From positions 1,470,001 to 1,502,000 of the forward strand of contig NC_010655.1 in the NCBI RefSeq assembly GCF_000020225.1: a stretch of DNA of 32,000 bases. Direction: 5' to 3'. A program made the position numbers and the translations under genes. The notes beneath the pieces are model-generated. The model was not told the origin of the DNA. It worked only from the letters and a program-made list of their open reading frames with translations, and did not search any database. This document shows positions 23,533-31,601 of the stretch, piece after piece (position 1 is the stretch's first letter; every line of letters begins with the position of its first letter). The stretch is from Akkermansia muciniphila ATCC BAA-835 (GTDB lineage: Bacteria > Verrucomicrobiota > Verrucomicrobiia > Verrucomicrobiales > Akkermansiaceae).

Positions 23533-24183
23533 TCAGCTGATGCAGCGGTAATAATAATCCACGCGGGAGATGAACCAAGACCATTTGAAGCCGGGTTTGC
23601 CATTGTCCAGCAGAAGGTGGGGGCAACGCTTGCCGGTCCAGTAGTAATGGGGCACGACATTCCTCAGGGGAATATCGTGGGCATACATGTTGTAGGCCGC
23701 CAGCTTGGCAGCGCGGTCAAAGGTTTTGACGATGCTCTGTCCTCGCTTCTCACACATTTCAATTCCGATGGAGTACATGTCTCCGGGGCCGCCCCGGTCT
23801 GCATGGCGTCCCGTTTCATTCAGGGGGATATGCTGCATGGTCACGTATGGGTCTACCGTATAATGCCAGTTGCAGCGCAAAGCTCCGTTATTCAGGGCGC
23901 GCGCATGCTGCATGGCGTCTGCGGACGGGTTTTCCGTGTTGTGCATGGTGATGAAGCGCGGCTTCATTCGGGAAGAACGGCGGCGGAGCGGAGAAGATTT
24001 AGGCATGAACATCGGCCGGACGTTACATTCCGCCAGCAATTGGCGCGGAGAACGTTTCACCACGGGGACCCCGGAGGGCTTAAAGGAGATCATGGGAGCC
24101 ATTCCTGCTTTTCCGGAAGGTTCCGAACAACTGGTCAGGGCAAGCAGGGCGGCGGTTTCCAGCAGAAAAGTTCTGCGGTCCAT
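23533..24183 (-). CDS. N-acetylmuramoyl-L-alanine amidase, Amidase_2/PGRP fold, AmiD-like lipoprotein with twin-arginine signal
   Basis: 'FITMHNTEN', 'NWHYTVD', 'GDMYSIGIEMCE' and 'VVPHYYWTGKRCP' fit the AmpD/AmiD/T7-lysozyme-type amidase. 'MDRRTFLLETAALLALTSC' combines a Tat motif with a lipobox, so I prefer the ATG at 24183 to the upstream ATG at 24264. Confidence 0.85.
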   Translation of the reverse strand: MDRRTFLLETAALLALTSCSEPSGKAGMAPMISFKPSGVPVVKRSPRQLLAECNVRPMFMPKSSPLRRRSSRMKPRFITMHNTENPSADAMQHARALNNGALRCNWHYTVDPYVTMQHIPLNETGRHADRGGPGDMYSIGIEMCEKRGQSIVKTFDRAAKLAAYNMYAHDIPLRNVVPHYYWTGKRCPHLLLDNGKPGFKWSWFISRVDYYYRCIS

Positions 24184-24411
24184 GCCCTGGACTTTCTCCA
24201 GCATGGGCTGGAGCTGACCGGAAAAGCGGGCAAGATAAGTGGCGATGGTGGAAATATTGCTCATACGGAGGCCGGGAGATGGGGAATTTTCAGCACGGAT
24301 GCGGGAAAAGTTAAGTTCACGCTAAGATTCGCTCTTCTTCTTTGCAACGAAAAAGTGTGAAAGCTTCAGCATTGTGCCGAATTCTTCGCTCTTTTTGTCA
24401 TATTGGTTTGC

Positions 24412-25332
24412 TTAAACCGTTGTTGAGAGCAGAACAGTCTCTGCTTCTGCGGCGGTGACGGCATCCGCGCCTGCCGGGGACAGAATGAATTCTCCCTTCC
24501 GGGCCGTTTTCCCGTCCCAGAGCACGGAACCGCAGAGGACCGTGAAGACGGCAAAGCGGGAGGAGTCCGGCTGGGTAAACCGTTCTCCCTTATCCAGGCG
24601 GTATTCCTTTGTGGTGAAATACGGCATTTCCGTCAGGTATCCGGGGCGCTGGCTGAGTTCCCGGAATTCCCCGATGGAATCCAATGCCTGTTCCAGGTGC
24701 AGTTCCCGTCCTCGTCCGGAGTCATCCGTGCGGTTCCAGTCATAAAGGCGGTAGGTGGTATCGCTATTCTGCTGGATTTCCGCAATGAGGTGCCCGGCGC
24801 CAATGGCATGAACCAGCCCCGCCGGAATGTAAAGGTGTTCCCCCGGTTCCAGATGGGTGGAGCGTATCAGCTGCTCCATCTGTCCTGTTTCCGCCGCATG
24901 ACGGATGTCCGGGAGTGTGGCGTTTTCCTCCATTCCCCCGTAAATCAGGGCGTCCGGGGATGCGTGCAGCACATACCAGATTTCATTTTTTACTTCTCCC
25001 TGCCGGGCTGCCGCCGTGCGTTCCGGGGGATGCACCTGAACGGAAAGATTTTCGCGGGCATCCAGAATTTTGCAGAGCAGGGGAAAGCGGGGGAAACGCT
25101 CGTAGCCGGGACCGAAAATTTCCTGCCGATGTTCTTCCCACAGCCGGTGCAGGGGCATTCCTTCCCATTCGCCGTCCTTGACGATACTCATGGCTTCAGG
25201 ACGGTCGCTGATTTCCCACGCTTCCCCATAAGCTGTTTCCCGGTCGGGCAGTTCCCGTCCCAGCATGGTTCTCATGCTCTGGCCGCCCCAGATGCGCGGC
25301 TGGTAGATGGAATGGAATCGAAAAGGCTGCAT
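24412..25332 (-). CDS. manA: Mannose-6-phosphate isomerase, class I (cupin)
   Basis: 'YQPRIWGG', 'GEAWEISD', 'FPLLCKILDARENLSVQVHP', 'E.WYVL', 'IPAGLVHAIGAG.LIAEIQQNSDTTYRLYDWNR' are type I PMI motifs. Confidence 0.9.
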   Translation of the reverse strand: MQPFRFHSIYQPRIWGGQSMRTMLGRELPDRETAYGEAWEISDRPEAMSIVKDGEWEGMPLHRLWEEHRQEIFGPGYERFPRFPLLCKILDARENLSVQVHPPERTAAARQGEVKNEIWYVLHASPDALIYGGMEENATLPDIRHAAETGQMEQLIRSTHLEPGEHLYIPAGLVHAIGAGHLIAEIQQNSDTTYRLYDWNRTDDSGRGRELHLEQALDSIGEFRELSQRPGYLTEMPYFTTKEYRLDKGERFTQPDSSRFAVFTVLCGSVLWDGKTARKGEFILSPAGADAVTAAEAETVLLSTTV

Positions 25333-25370
25333 GGTTGTAGCGGAAGCGTAGGATATCTTTTATGGACGGG

Positions 25371-25404
25371 CAAGCAAAATGCCCACAGGGTTTCCTGTGG
25401 GCAT
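25371..25404 (-). terminator. Rho-independent terminator after the PA14-like gene
   Basis: On the minus strand: ATGCCCACAGG-aaac-CCTGTGGGCAT followed by TTTTGCTT. The stems are at 25379-25389 and 25394-25404. Confidence 0.8.
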
Positions 25405-25431
25405 GGAGAGAGGAAGACGGAGAATTGCCTG

Positions 25432-26679
25432 TTATTTGATGGATTCCCAGACAATGCCGATTTCGTCAAATGGCACGTGTTCCTTGTTCTTGTCCGGTTT
25501 CGGAACGCCGTAGTTGGTTCGGAACAGGGGCAGGATGGGAGCTCCCGTTTTAGGATCCTTGCTCATGGGGGCCATTCCAACTTCTTCAAGCAGAAGAGTC
25601 ATGCCGAATTCGCCACCAGGACCTTCACTAACTAGGATTTCAATGGGGTAAACCTTGCCCTGTTCCACCGTGAACTGCTTGCCGGCTGCCACACCGCGCA
25701 TAGTGTTGTTCCAGTGCCCGGAAGAACTGTATTTGTAGAACGTAACGGGGGGGACATTGATGCCCACTTCCCGGAGTTCCTTTTTCAAGTCGTCATTGCC
25801 GGGTTTGCCTTCCATGGCATCAAGCCATTTGGCGTTGTTTGCCGTCATTTTCCCCAGAGAAGCGGATTCCCAGCCGTAGTCGAAGACATTCTGTTTATTG
25901 AACCGTACTACTAAGTAGTCGTCTCCCAACCCCACGAATCGGAACGTGCCGGACTTGGGGGCGCGTACTTTTCCCCGGTAAATGGCGAGCCACTGGCTAG
26001 GCTTTACTTTGTCATCGCAACCGTAGGCCTTGGGAGCGTCTTTGGCGGGAGTCCTAGGTATGTAGAACTGGGCTGCGTATAATTGTTGCGGAGCCTTGTA
26101 AAAACGGTTCAGTTCCGATTCGTTCCAGCCTTTGTTCACGAAGCGGGAAAGGAACTCCCTGTACTGGTTCATGTTCATGTTGGTAGGACGTCCGCCAGGA
26201 GTCTGCTTGGTGTCGTAAAAGGTACCTACCAGCGTGCTTCCGGAGGGTTTGGACGTACCAAAGGCGGAGGTAGCGTCTCCCAGGTCGGGGCCGAAGCCGT
26301 CCCCCATGCCGAGGGCGGTTCCCTCCTCCAGCATGACAGGTTCATCGGGCGGGTCAATGTCGATCTTGGGGAGGCTCACCGGAGCGGCGGCCGCTGCCAC
26401 CACGACCTTGACGGGCGTCTCCGCATGGGAGGAAGAGGAAGTTTCCCTCTGTACTTCCGGCGGCGGAGGCGTATCCGACGGCGGCGCATCGTCCGGCGTG
26501 ATGTAGCCGACGACTTTGGGTTCTTCCGGAGGGGCGATGATGATGGTCAGGGAGTAGAGAATGGCTCCTGCCAAAACGACGGAGAGAATGGATGTCGCTA
26601 ATGCGGCAATATAATTTTTCCGCCTTTCCTTGCGCAGGGTTTCCACTGCGTCTTCCGTGGGTTCTATATGAAGGCTCAT
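25432..26679 (-). CDS. Membrane-anchored protein: N-terminal TM helix, proline-rich spacer, C-terminal PA14-like (carbohydrate-binding type) beta domain
   Basis: I place the start at the ATG at 26679 (MSLHIEPTED...), with an alternative ATG at 26706. The TM helix is 'YIAALATSILSVVLAGAILYSLTIII'. The Pro-rich spacer is 'APPEEPKVVGYITPDDAPPSDTPPPPEV'. The C-terminal segments 'WLAIYRGKVRAPKSGTFRFVGLGDDYLVVRFNKQNVFDYGW' and 'VEQGKVYPIEILVSEGPGGEFGMTLLLEE' match the PA14 pattern. The 659-aa track ORF is an out-of-frame overlap with nhaC. Confidence 0.75.
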   Translation of the reverse strand: MSLHIEPTEDAVETLRKERRKNYIAALATSILSVVLAGAILYSLTIIIAPPEEPKVVGYITPDDAPPSDTPPPPEVQRETSSSSHAETPVKVVVAAAAAPVSLPKIDIDPPDEPVMLEEGTALGMGDGFGPDLGDATSAFGTSKPSGSTLVGTFYDTKQTPGGRPTNMNMNQYREFLSRFVNKGWNESELNRFYKAPQQLYAAQFYIPRTPAKDAPKAYGCDDKVKPSQWLAIYRGKVRAPKSGTFRFVGLGDDYLVVRFNKQNVFDYGWESASLGKMTANNAKWLDAMEGKPGNDDLKKELREVGINVPPVTFYKYSSSGHWNNTMRGVAAGKQFTVEQGKVYPIEILVSEGPGGEFGMTLLLEEVGMAPMSKDPKTGAPILPLFRTNYGVPKPDKNKEHVPFDEIGIVWESIK

Positions 26680-26749
26680 GCATGTATGATAGCACAAGAA
26701 TCCCATATGTTGAGTAACATGAAGATAACAGGGATAACATGTCGGTAAC

Positions 26750-26774
26750 AAAAAAGGCGGCCTTGCCGTCCTTT
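26750..26774 (-). terminator. Putative intrinsic terminator after nhaC
   Basis: On the minus strand: GGaCGGC-aag-GCCGCC (6 bp with one bulge) followed by T6. Confidence 0.45.
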
Positions 26775-26789
26775 CTCCGTATGGGCTTT

Positions 26790-28115
26790 TCAGCGTTTCC
26801 TCCGTCTTTCCGTCCCTCCCGGTGCCAGCGCAATGGCAAGGGTGGAGCAGATGCCCAGAATCAGGGGATAATACAGGTATTTCATGACCAGCAGGGGAGA
26901 AACCTGGGAGATTCCGGTGGCCATGAGCATTTGAGCGCCGTAGGGGATGACTCCCTGAACCAGGCAGGAAAAGGTGTCCAGAATGCTGGCGCTGCGTTTG
27001 GGTGGGATATGGAATTTGTCGCTTATTTCCTTGGCGATGGGGCCTGCCGTGATGATGGCGATCGTATTGTTGGCCGTGCAGAGGTTGGCCAGGGAAACCA
27101 GCCCGGCAATGCTGAATTCCGCGCCGCGCCTGCTGTGGATATGGGCCGTAATTTTTCCGATAATATACGCGATGCCTCCGTTGAAACGGATGATGGACAG
27201 CACGCCGCCGGCCAGCAGAGTGACGATGATCAGTTCTCCCATGCCGGTCATGCCGCTGCCCATGGCTTGGAACCAGGCCATGAAGGAGAAATACCCCATG
27301 CCGATGCCAATCAGTCCCGTTGCAAGGAGCCCCATGGTCAGAACGGCCATGACATGGATTCCGGCCAGGGCCGTCACCAGTACGAGCAGATAGGGGAATA
27401 CCTTCATCCATTCAATGGAGATATCCGCTGTGGAGGGGGACTGCACGTTCCATCCGAGCAGGATGTAGCAGGCCAGGGCCAGCAGGGCGGCGGGGAGCGC
27501 CACCTTTATGTTGGCCCGGAATTTGTCCCGCATGGCGCAGCCCTGCGTACGGGTGGCGGCGATCGTGGTGTCTGAAATGAAGGAAAGATTGTCTCCGAAG
27601 AATGCTCCCCCCACCACAATGGCCGTCATCATGCCGGCACTGACCTGCGTGGCTTGTGCCAGCCCTGTGGCTACGGGAGCCAGAGCGACAATGGTGCCTA
27701 CGGATGTTCCTACGGAGAGGGAGATGAAACAGGAGGCGATGAACACGCTGGCAAGCAGCAGATTGTCCGGAAGAAGCCGCAGCGTAAGCTGCACGGTGGC
27801 GTCAATGGCTCCCATATCCCTAGCAGACTGGGCGAAGGCTCCTGCCAGCACGAAAATCCAGACCATCATCAGGATGTTCCGGTTGGCTACTCCGGAGGAA
27901 AACAGATCCACCCGTTCCGCCATGCTTTTTCCGCGGGTGATGAAAACGGCCCAGACAGCTGCCGCCATAAAGGCTACCGTGACCGGCACGGCGTAAAAAT
28001 CCTGTACGGCTATGGAGATGACCAGGTAAAGCAGGAAGAAAACCAGCAGGGGGCTCAGCGCCCACAGGCTGGCTTTGGCGGGGGGCGTATCCTGGTTGTC
28101 CGGGGGGCTGGTCAT
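26790..28115 (-). CDS. nhaC: Na+/H+ antiporter NhaC-family membrane transporter
   Basis: This is a polytopic membrane protein with 'VWIFVLAGAFAQSARDMGAIDATV', 'GGAFFGDNLSFISDTTIAATRTQG' and 'FSCLVQGVIPYGAQML'. The ATG at 28115 (MTSPPDNQ) lies 26 nt after the fcl stop. The track start at 28511 overlaps fcl out of frame. Confidence 0.85.
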   Translation of the reverse strand: MTSPPDNQDTPPAKASLWALSPLLVFFLLYLVISIAVQDFYAVPVTVAFMAAAVWAVFITRGKSMAERVDLFSSGVANRNILMMVWIFVLAGAFAQSARDMGAIDATVQLTLRLLPDNLLLASVFIASCFISLSVGTSVGTIVALAPVATGLAQATQVSAGMMTAIVVGGAFFGDNLSFISDTTIAATRTQGCAMRDKFRANIKVALPAALLALACYILLGWNVQSPSTADISIEWMKVFPYLLVLVTALAGIHVMAVLTMGLLATGLIGIGMGYFSFMAWFQAMGSGMTGMGELIIVTLLAGGVLSIIRFNGGIAYIIGKITAHIHSRRGAEFSIAGLVSLANLCTANNTIAIITAGPIAKEISDKFHIPPKRSASILDTFSCLVQGVIPYGAQMLMATGISQVSPLLVMKYLYYPLILGICSTLAIALAPGGTERRRKR

Positions 28116-28141
28116 TGGAGTGAGGGGAGCTGGCCGAAAAG

Positions 28142-29230
28142 TCAGTTGCCGTCGGCTTCCATCCGGCTCAGATACCACCGGTAAATGCGTTCCACTCCCT
28201 CTTCCAGCTCCACCCGGTGTTTCCAGCCCAGGGAGTGCAGCTTGGAGACGTCCGTCAGCTTGCGCATGGTGCCGTCCGGCTTGTCTGCGTTGAACGCCAG
28301 ATTTCCCCGGTACCCTGCCGTAGCGGCAATCAGGCGGGCCAGTCCGCCGATGGAGATTTCTTTCCCGGTTCCGATATTGATGTGGCAGTTCCGCACTTCC
28401 CTTCCTCCTTCTTGCAGCTGGCTGAAATCCACTTGCTCCATCACATGGACGCAGGCGTCCGCCATGTCTTCGCTCCACAGGAACTCTCGCAGGGGAGTTC
28501 CCGTACCCCACAGTTCCACGGAACCGGGGGTAATGCCGTATTTGGCCAGCACGGCCAGGATTTCCTTTTCTTCAGCCGTGCCGTCCACCTGTTCCACTGG
28601 GCGCGCGTTCAGATCTTTCCGCACGGCGTTCCAGTCTCCCTCCATCAGGCACTTGGCCAGGTGTATCTTGCGTACCATGGCGGGCAGCACGTGGCTGTTT
28701 TCCAGGTGGAAATTGTCATTGGGGCCGTACAGATTTGTAGGCATGACGGCGATGTAGTTGGTGCCGTATTGCAGGTTGAAGCTTTCGCACATTTTCAGCC
28801 CTGCTATTTTGGCAATGGCATAGGGTTCGTTGGTGTATTCCAGCGGGGAGGTGAGCAGGGCGTTTTCCTTCATGGGCTGGGGAGCTTCGCGCGGGTAGAT
28901 GCAGGTGCTCCCCAGGAAGAGGAGCTTGGATACGCCATGCCGGAAGCTTTCCCCGATGACGTTCTGCTGAATCTGAAGGTTGCGGAAGATGAAGTCCGCC
29001 CGGTAGCGGGAGTTGGCGATGATGCCGCCCACAAACGCCGCTGCCAGAAAGACGTATTCCGGCTTTTCCCGGTCAAAAAACTCCCGGACGGCCGCAGGGT
29101 CTTCCAGATCCAGTTCTTTGTGCGGCCGGCCAATCAGGTGGGAATAGCCTTTGTCTTCCAGGGATTTCCAGATGGCGGAACCGACGAGGCCGTGGTGTCC
29201 GGCCACAAAGATTCTGCTGTTTTTTTTCAT
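28142..29230 (-). CDS. fcl: GDP-L-fucose synthase (GDP-4-keto-6-deoxy-D-mannose 3,5-epimerase/4-reductase)
   Basis: 'IFVAGHHGLVGSAI', 'VFLAAAFVGGI', 'LLFLGSTCIYP', 'YAIAKIAG' and 'MPTNLYGPNDNF' match the SDR family Fcl/WcaG. The gene starts 1 nt after the gmd stop. Confidence 0.95.
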   Translation of the reverse strand: MKKNSRIFVAGHHGLVGSAIWKSLEDKGYSHLIGRPHKELDLEDPAAVREFFDREKPEYVFLAAAFVGGIIANSRYRADFIFRNLQIQQNVIGESFRHGVSKLLFLGSTCIYPREAPQPMKENALLTSPLEYTNEPYAIAKIAGLKMCESFNLQYGTNYIAVMPTNLYGPNDNFHLENSHVLPAMVRKIHLAKCLMEGDWNAVRKDLNARPVEQVDGTAEEKEILAVLAKYGITPGSVELWGTGTPLREFLWSEDMADACVHVMEQVDFSQLQEGGREVRNCHINIGTGKEISIGGLARLIAATAGYRGNLAFNADKPDGTMRKLTDVSKLHSLGWKHRVELEEGVERIYRWYLSRMEADGN

Positions 29231-29231
29231 C

Positions 29232-30299
29232 TCAGAAATGAACGGGAGTTTTTACGTATTTCATGTCGTGGCGCACCATGATGCGCACGAGTTCCTCAAA
29301 CGGAGTGGAGGTGGGGTTCCAGCCAAGAAGGGTTTTGGCCTTGGTTGGGTCTCCCAACAGTTGTTCAACTTCGGCAGGGCGGAAATATTTGGGGTCCACT
29401 TCCACCAGAATATTGCCCGTCTTCCTGTCGCGTCCGCGTTCTTCCACGCCTTCTCCCTCCCATTCCAGCTCTATTCCGGCCTCACGGAAGGCCAGCGTGC
29501 AGAATTCCCTGACCGTGTGCATTTCCCCGGTGGCGATGACGAAATCCTCCGGTGTGTCATGCTGGAGAATCAGCCACATGCATTCCACGTAATCCTTGGC
29601 GTAACCCCAGTCGCGCAGGGCGTTCAGGTTGCCCAGGTAGAGCTTGTCCTGCATGCCCTGGGCAATGCGTGCCGCCGCCAGCGTGATTTTGCGGGTAACG
29701 AAGTTTTCTCCGCGGCGTTCGCTTTCGTGGTTGAACAGGATGCCGTTAACGGCAAACATATTGTAAGATTCCCGGTAATTCTTGGTAATCCAGAATCCGT
29801 ATTGCTTGGCTACGCCGTAGGGTGAACGGGGATAAAACGGCGTGGTTTCCTTCTGGGGGACTTCCTGCACCAGCCCGAAAAGCTCGGACGTGGAAGCCTG
29901 GTAGATGCGGCATTTCTTTTCCATGCCCAGAATGCGGACGGCTTCCAGCATGCGGAGGGTTCCCACGGCATCCGTTTCCGCCGTGTATTCCGGTACGTCA
30001 AAGCTGACTTTCACATGGCTCTGGGCTGCCAGATTGTAGATTTCATCCGGCTGCACGGTCTGGATGATGCGGATGAGTGAACTGGAATCCGTCATGTCCC
30101 CGTAGTGGAGGTTAATCAGGCGGTTTTTCTTCATGTCCCGCACCCATTCGTCCAGGTAAAGGTGTTCGATGCGGCCCGTGTTGAAGGAGGAGGACCGGCG
30201 CAGGATGCCGTGTACTTCATACCCTTTGTCAATCAGGAACTCTGCGAGAAAGGAACCGTCCTGTCCCGTGATGCCGGAGATTAATGCGATTTTGCTCAT
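29232..30299 (-). CDS. gmd: GDP-mannose 4,6-dehydratase
   Basis: '[44 protein letters not shown]', 'YNLAAQSHV', 'QASTSELFG', 'SPYGVAKQY', '[21 protein letters not shown]' are canonical Gmd. The ATG at 30299 (MSKIALI) is preferred to the track start at 30386. Confidence 0.96.
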   Translation of the reverse strand: MSKIALISGITGQDGSFLAEFLIDKGYEVHGILRRSSSFNTGRIEHLYLDEWVRDMKKNRLINLHYGDMTDSSSLIRIIQTVQPDEIYNLAAQSHVKVSFDVPEYTAETDAVGTLRMLEAVRILGMEKKCRIYQASTSELFGLVQEVPQKETTPFYPRSPYGVAKQYGFWITKNYRESYNMFAVNGILFNHESERRGENFVTRKITLAAARIAQGMQDKLYLGNLNALRDWGYAKDYVECMWLILQHDTPEDFVIATGEMHTVREFCTLAFREAGIELEWEGEGVEERGRDRKTGNILVEVDPKYFRPAEVEQLLGDPTKAKTLLGWNPTSTPFEELVRIMVRHDMKYVKTPVHF

Positions 30300-30451
30300 A
30301 TGGTGTGTCAGGTTGTTTGCTGGCGGGAGAGGTTGATGAAATAAAAGAAACCTCTCCCGGAGCCGCAATTCATGGGCTCCGGGCATAAATAACGCATTTT
30401 TCCCAGCGAGGCGAGGAAAATGCTCTGGTCCGTAGGAAGGGGGCGGATTCG

Positions 30452-31570
30452 TCAGCGGGCATGTTGCCGCTTGCTGGCCGCAATCATTTTCCTGAAATCT
30501 CGGAACAGATACTGGGGGTCTCTGGGGCCGGGCGCCGCTTCCGGGTGGTATTGCACGCTGAATACGGGAAGCGTCCTGTGGGCGATGCCTTCCACGGTAT
30601 TGTCATTCAGATTGATCAGCGTTATTTCCACGTCGTCCGGCACGGTGTCCGGATCCACGGCAAAACCGTGGTTCTGGGACGTAATGCTGATTTTACCCGT
30701 TTTCAAATCTTTGACCGGATGGTTCGCTCCACGGTGCCCGAACTTCAGCTTGAAGGTTTTCGCTCCCAGCGCGTGGGAAATAATCTGGTGGCCCAGGCAG
30801 ATGCCGAACATGGGCACTTTCCCAATCAATGCAGCTACTTCCCGGTGAATGTCCGTCAGCGTGGCGGGATCTCCCGGACCATTGGAAAGAAAGACGCCGT
30901 CCGGGTTCATGGCAAGCACTTCCTCCGCCGTCGTGTGGGCGGGAACTACGGTTACGCGGAAGCCGTTTTCCCTCAACTGGCGCAGGATGTTGTATTTAAT
31001 GCCGAAGTCAAAGGCGACGATGTCGTATTCCGCAGGGGGCAGAGTTTTTCCCGTAACCAGCGCGTCCACTTCCTCCGGTGTCATGGGGTGGGAACCGATT
31101 TTGTCCACGATATTGCAGCCTTCCATGGAGGGGGCGTTTCTGGCTGCTTCCACGGCTTCCTCCGGAGTCAGCTCCGTGGTGAGGCAGGCGCGCATGGCTC
31201 CGGCGGAGCGCAGATGCTTGGCGATTTTGCGGGTATCCACCCCTTCAATGCCGATGACGCCCTGTTTTTCCAGCCACGGGCCCAGGGATTCCGTGGCACG
31301 CCAGTTGGAGTGGACTTTCGCCAGTTCCGCCACCACAAAGCCGCTGACCTGCGCTTTGCCTGATTCCCCGTCTTCCGGGTTGACGCCGTAATTGCCGATC
31401 AGAGGATAAGTCATGGTGACGATCTGGCCGCTGTAGGACGGATCCGTCAATACTTCCTGATAGCCGGTCATGGACGTGTTGAAGCAGGCTTCCCCCACTT
31501 CCGTGCCCGTGGCCCCGAAGTGCGAACCGATGAAGACGCTTCCGTCTTCCAGTGCGAGAATGGCTCTCAT
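30452..31570 (-). CDS. carA: Carbamoyl-phosphate synthase small (glutamine amidotransferase) subunit
   Basis: '[33 protein letters not shown]' and the GATase triad region '[10 protein letters not shown]' ... 'VQYHPEA' are present. Confidence 0.96.
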   Translation of the reverse strand: MRAILALEDGSVFIGSHFGATGTEVGEACFNTSMTGYQEVLTDPSYSGQIVTMTYPLIGNYGVNPEDGESGKAQVSGFVVAELAKVHSNWRATESLGPWLEKQGVIGIEGVDTRKIAKHLRSAGAMRACLTTELTPEEAVEAARNAPSMEGCNIVDKIGSHPMTPEEVDALVTGKTLPPAEYDIVAFDFGIKYNILRQLRENGFRVTVVPAHTTAEEVLAMNPDGVFLSNGPGDPATLTDIHREVAALIGKVPMFGICLGHQIISHALGAKTFKLKFGHRGANHPVKDLKTGKISITSQNHGFAVDPDTVPDDVEITLINLNDNTVEGIAHRTLPVFSVQYHPEAAPGPRDPQYLFRDFRKMIAASKRQHAR

Positions 31571-31601
31571 GGTGATGTAAGTATGCTTAGGTGGTGCGGG
31601 A

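Noticed and set aside
26680-27411. The track ORF containing the PA14-like gene has a 244-codon N-terminal extension, giving the 659-aa version.
   Set aside because: The extension overlaps nhaC out of frame and is His/Arg/Gly/Pro-rich nonsense. An intrinsic terminator and an intergenic gap lie between nhaC and the ATG at 26679.
28116-28511. The nhaC ORF has a 132-codon N-terminal extension (track start 28511).
   Set aside because: The extension overlaps the 3' end of fcl out of frame and is Arg/Gly-rich. The hydrophobic transporter sequence begins right after the ATG at 28115.
28217-29281. A 354-aa plus-strand ORF lies antisense to fcl. Similar long antisense ORFs occur at 684..1364, 4301..5050, 10945..11544, 15524..16111, 17917..18762, 21992..22756, 23518..24360, 24697..25635, 26739..27575, 29151..29825 and 30461..31363.
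   Set aside because: Each one overlaps a gene with unmistakable homology (fcl, pyrF, EEP, nnr, uvrC, TPR, suhB, amidase, manA, nhaC, gmd, carA) on the other strand. Their translations are low-information, R/G/H/Q/F-rich sequences. Their regular occurrence opposite nearly every long gene points to a compositional cause, not overlapping genes. Only Ribo-seq or conservation tests could overturn this.
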